Source: Octopus bimaculoides
Lineage: Eukaryota
DNA length: 64,000 nucleotides
NCBI RefSeq assembly: GCF_001194135.2
Contig: NC_068983.1
Location: 16,706,896 to 16,770,895, forward strand
Reading direction: 5' to 3'
Positions 60,057 to 64,000 of the stretch are shown here, piece by piece. Numbering within the stretch: the first letter of the stretch is position 1; every line of letters starts with the position of its first letter. Both the position numbers and the translations under genes were made by a program. The notes below the pieces were generated by a model. That model saw only the letters and a program-made list of their open reading frames with translations. It had not been told where the DNA came from and made no database searches.

Positions 60057-61370
60057 AGCATGACCATGCTGTGAATGGGGTATGTGAATGTGCATGGTCT
60101 GGGATCAGCTTGGAAGCAAGGTCATTTGCTCAATGATCTCAGGCTGCTTGATTTAAATGTGGCTGCCATTAGTGAAACAAGTATCTCTGGAAAACATGCT
60201 CTAGCATCCATTTTTGAGGACTGCAAGGTATTCTCATCTTGTGATCTATCAGAAGCAGGTGGCAATGTAGCAGTGCTACTCCAAAAATTCTTAGATTTCT
60301 GAGTATGGACTATCTTCCTGGACCCAGATGGTACATTGGTGGTCCTGAACGTGAATGGCAGTGAAGGTGATGCCTTTAGACTGGTGGTGGTTTATACCCC
60401 AAGAGGGGCTGGAAGGCCAAATTTCTTCAGACGACTAGAAACATTCTTGGTAACGTCTCACACTTTAGTACTAGTGGGGGACTGGAATAGTATTTTGGAT
60501 GCACTGAAGGACTGTGCCGGTTTAGTACATAGAAGAATGGGATTAAAAGCCTCGAAAACCTGCTCGGGACTTTCCGGCTTCCTGACAGCTAGATTTCCCT
60601 GATGTGCTAGTGTGGACATGGAGCAACCATAACAGGTCATCCAGATCGTATTTAGATAGAGTGATTCACCACCGGTTGTTGACGATTGCCCCCATCAATT
60701 GCTGCTTAACTAGTTTGCTAATCCAGTTCCTGTAGTATTTGTAAGCTGGTAAGGATGCATTCAACTTCCAGTAACCGGTTCCCTGTGAACGAGTCCTTTC
60801 TAAATCGACTTTGCATATCACAAATTTGTGATGTGTAGCTGACCAATTTAAATTGTGGACAACCTATGCCAGTCTGATCCTCTGACTAACAAATACTCTA
60901 ACTAAATACTAATAGCCTCTTCTAGTTTAGTAACTAGTTCTCACGCTAATCTATTTCTATTACTAAATCTTTACTAAACGCTATTGATTCTACTCTAATC
61001 ACTCTCGTCAGAATGTTGTCAGGCACTCACTGTCCTCTACAAGTCAGGCAATAGGATCGGTGAATGTTCCACTTTAATTATATACAGAGGATTAGTAGCA
61101 GGGAAGGGTGACAGATAATTTTCAGATGTCTTTGGCCTGGCAGTGTTACCAGGGGGTGCTACCAGTTTGAGATAAACTCTACAGGCACGGATGTGCCTGT
61201 AGACCCATGACTTGGAAGAAAGGGATTTGGAAAGGCACTTGTCCGTGGTATCCAGGGGGATCTTGGATGGTGGAGTTCCTAGATTCTCCCCAGAGGTCCT
61301 CCTGTATCAGGAGGGCCCCATCATTATCACTTTTTTCTTATAGTGCTGTATACTATGTATATTTCCTTTC
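60057..61370 (+). mobile_element. Rearranged L1/Tx1-clade LINE relic (EN +, two inverted pieces, C-terminal piece +, RT absent)
   Basis: + strand: YVNVHGL...AAISET...LVGDWN...WTWSNHNRSSRSYLDR; - strand: HKFVICK...GTGYWKLNASL; + strand again: YQGVLPV*DKLYRHG. Confidence 0.85.
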
Positions 61371-61851
61371 GTTTAATGTGTTGTAGGGAATTAGTAATAA
61401 ACGGGACACCCCTCCCACGTGATAAGTGGTATGAGTAGTCACTATATATACGGGAGTACAAGACAGTATGAGAGAGTACGTAGTAGGCGGTCTGAGATAG
61501 TCGTGACTTTACTGGTTTTACGATGTATACTGTATACTGAAGTGGACGTTATAATAATCCAACATTTTAAGGATCATGACAGTGGCAACAAGGATTTAAA
61601 CAACTCACAAAGAATTAATAAACTCGACGAGGATAAACCAATTCATGTGGAGTTAATAGAAACTCAAAGAGGAGTTAATAAACTCACAAAGTTTTGATGT
61701 GTGAATTTTATGGGAAAAAAATCGTAAAATTATTGAAAATTTGTTGGTCAGTTTGCTCGAGTTGCAAAGACAGCAACAACAGCAACTGAAAGAACAACAA
61801 GAGCAGCAGCTACAACTGCAAAGACAACAGCTGAAGCAACAACAATACCAC

Positions 61852-62178
61852 TGTAGTAACGCCTGCGCATGCGTAGTCTTACGCATGCGTAGAATTAAAC
61901 AAGCAAGCGTTTCCCGCGCAATTCATTCTCTTTCTCGCTGGCCAGCGATTGAGCATGGACGTATGTTTAAAGCTGTCCCTACATCTTTCGGTCTTATATT
62001 CGACAGCTCGTTATTCTCACCTCTAAAGATGTATAACTAAAGATATGTATGTTTTACCAAGTAAATAAATGTTGTTTAAGTTGTTTAGTCTGGAGTTCAG
62101 CGTTCCGTCTATTTCTTTAATTTTATAGTAGAAAGTCAGGTATACAATCTAAAGATGTATAACCCACTTTCTACTAAA
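61852..62178 (+). mobile_element. Solo LTR of a second family, nested in gag
   Basis: TGTAGTA...TACTAAA termini, 4-bp TSD CCAC (61848-61851, 62179-62182), internal AATAAA. Confidence 0.8.
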
Positions 62179-62250
62179 CCACCACCAACAACAACTGAAA
62201 GAACAACAACTGTAGCAGATATAACTGCAGGAGCAACAACAAAAACAATA

Positions 62251-62643
62251 TTACAGCAACAAATGCTGCAATTACTGAAGCCATCAGGAAAGTCAGAAAA
62301 AGTGTTCTTGACAGACTATGTCAAGAACTTCATAACTGAGCTCAAATACAAACCTGATGAAGGAGTTACCTTTGAAGCATACTACAGAAGATATGAGCAA
62401 ATCATAGAGAAAGAATATAGAGATTGGGAAGATGAGATGAAAACGCGTTTAATCTTAAGAAAACTGGTGGCAACAGAATATGAACGACACAGTAATTATG
62501 TACTCCCAAGAAAACCTTCAAACATAAACTTTAATGACACATTGTGTAAAATTTTCAGTGAAAAAAGCTCATTGTTCTACACACGTTGGAAGTGCCTGAA
62601 CATAGAGAAAAACAATGACGAGGACTGTGTCACATATATATGA
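62251..62643 (+). pseudogene. Gypsy gag remnant
   Basis: ITELKYKPDEGVTFEAYYRRYE...KTRLILRKL...YVLPRKP...FSEKSSLFYTRWKCLNIEK, a gag-like motif of invertebrate Gypsy elements. Confidence 0.8.
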
Positions 62644-63059
62644 TGGTAGAGTAGACAGGGAATGCAAGAAGTTTAAGCTGGACAAATTAATACCACCTAT
62701 GTTCAAGGGGAGATGTTGTAGGGGATTAGTAATAAATGGTACACCCCTCACATGTGACAAGTGGTATGAGTTAGTCAATATAAAAAGGAGAGTACAAGAC
62801 AGTATGAGAGAGTACGTAGTAGGTGGTCAGCAATAGTCATGTCTTTACTGGTTTTACTAAGTATACTGTATACCAAAGTGGGCTTTATAACAATCCAAAA
62901 TTTTAAGAATTATAACATAATGCATACTGTGTATACTTTTTTTTTCCATTGTAAGTAAACCTCCACATTTTATGTCTGTCTTTGTATTGTCCCATTGTCC
63001 CCCTCATCCTTCACCCAGGTGGCAAATAAAAGAAACCATCATCATTATTATTATTATTA

Positions 63060-63213
63060 TCATCACATTCGGAGTTCAAATTCCACCCAGGTCGACTTTG
63101 CCTTTCATCATTTCGGGGTCAATAAATTAAGTACCAGTGAAACACTGGGGTTGATGCAATTGGCTAGTCCCCTCCCCTAAAAAAATTCAGGTCTTGTTCC
63201 TTTAGTAGAAAGG

Positions 63214-63260
<47 letters not shown>

Positions 63261-63720
63261 GGTGGCAAGCTGGAAGAATCATTAGAACACTGAGCAAAAT
63301 GCTGAGCAGCATTTCGTACGTCCTTACATTCTAAGTTCAAATTCCACCAAGGTCAACTTTACCTTTCATCCTTTTTGGCGTCGATGAAATAAGTACCAGC
63401 TATGCACTGGAGTCAATATAATCAACTTACCCACCCCATCAAAAAGATTTCAGGCCTTGTACCTATATTAGAAAGGATTATTATTATTATTAAAGCAGTG
63501 AGCTGGCAGAATCATTAGCAAGCCAGACGAAATGCTTGGCAGTATTTTGTCTGCCATTACGTTCTGAGTTAAAATTCTGCCAAGATTGACTTTGCCTTTC
63601 ATCCTTTCAGGGTCAATAAAATAAGTACCAACTGTGTACTGGGGTCAATGTAATCGACTATCTCCCTCCCCCAAATTTTAGGCCTTGTGTTCATAGTAGA
63701 AAGGATTATTATTATTATTG
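63060..63720 (+). mobile_element. Train of three head-to-tail SINE T copies
   Basis: Three units each ending agaaaggattattatt... Confidence 0.85.
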
Positions 63721-64000
63721 ACTGAGAGAGGAGTGCATGCCATCAAAGTGATACTGGGGTAAAATATACGAAGCCCATTATACCCATCATGACTACCCGT
63801 CTGATAAGGGTACACCAGGCACGTGCATCACAACCATATGTGCGCAACATGGTGATCTCATATCAAGATAAACAGTGCATGACCTCGCAAGTGGGGCCCA
63901 GTTAGAATTTTCTTCAGGTCGAGTAGCCCATCCCGCTCAAAAGATCCCTGAATAAGGTTTGTTTAAGGATGTTGAGCAAAACACCCATGTTTCCAACGGT

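Larger units (their letters stand above)
61379..62917 (+). mobile_element. Internally deleted Gypsy/Ty3 LTR retrotransposon (LTRs, PBS, gag remnant, PPT; no pol)
   Basis: LTRs 61379-61581 and 62714-62917 (TG...CA), 5-bp TSD TAATG, PBS-like tggcaacaagg at 61583, PPT aaggggaga before the 3' LTR. Confidence 0.92.

Noticed and set aside
62352-62380. CTGATGA-agg...cct-ttGAAG
   Set aside because: Lies in gag coding sequence (PDEGVTFEA); chance match.
1-64000. CRISPR-like arrays, operons or horizontally acquired prokaryotic genes
   Set aside because: No regularly spaced identical repeats with unique spacers; the SINE trains are long, diverged units; no intronless bacterial-like ORFs.

Overview
This is AT-rich, microsatellite-dense eukaryotic genomic DNA with 11 assembly gaps (~3.8 kb of N). 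The repeat content looks like a coleoid cephalopod, probably Octopus; that is an inference and was not checked against a database. One host gene is supported: the 3' half of a furin/PC5-6-like proprotein convertase on the + strand. I reconstructed eight exons by hand (156-469, 4192-4361, 30151-30251, 32771-32910, 33919-34078, 37557-37727, 42185-42312, 44880-45127). All have AG/GT boundaries and matching phases, and together they give 476 aa: P domain (RRGDL), linker, five furin-like Cys-rich repeats, a transmembrane helix and a short tail with YEKV and an acidic cluster. The pro- and catalytic domains lie upstream of the window. Most other identifiable sequence is transposon-derived: several tRNA-headed SINE families, RTE, L1/Tx1 and RLE-type LINE fragments, mariner/Tc1 relics, piggyBac-, hAT- and pogo-like MITEs, long foldback elements, and a deleted Gypsy element carrying a nested solo LTR. 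I found no CRISPR array, prokaryote-type system or true tRNA/rRNA gene. Most worth following up: (1) six dispersed, degenerate Penelope-type minimal hammerhead ribozyme motifs; (2) inverted RTE 3' ends tightly bracketing exons 3-5, a back-splicing (circRNA) configuration; (3) a 234-bp perfect palindrome upstream of exon 6; (4) SINEs built from interchangeable head and tail modules and arranged in head-to-tail trains; (5) an L1 relic scrambled by two adjacent in-place inversions. All alignments and folds were done by eye.
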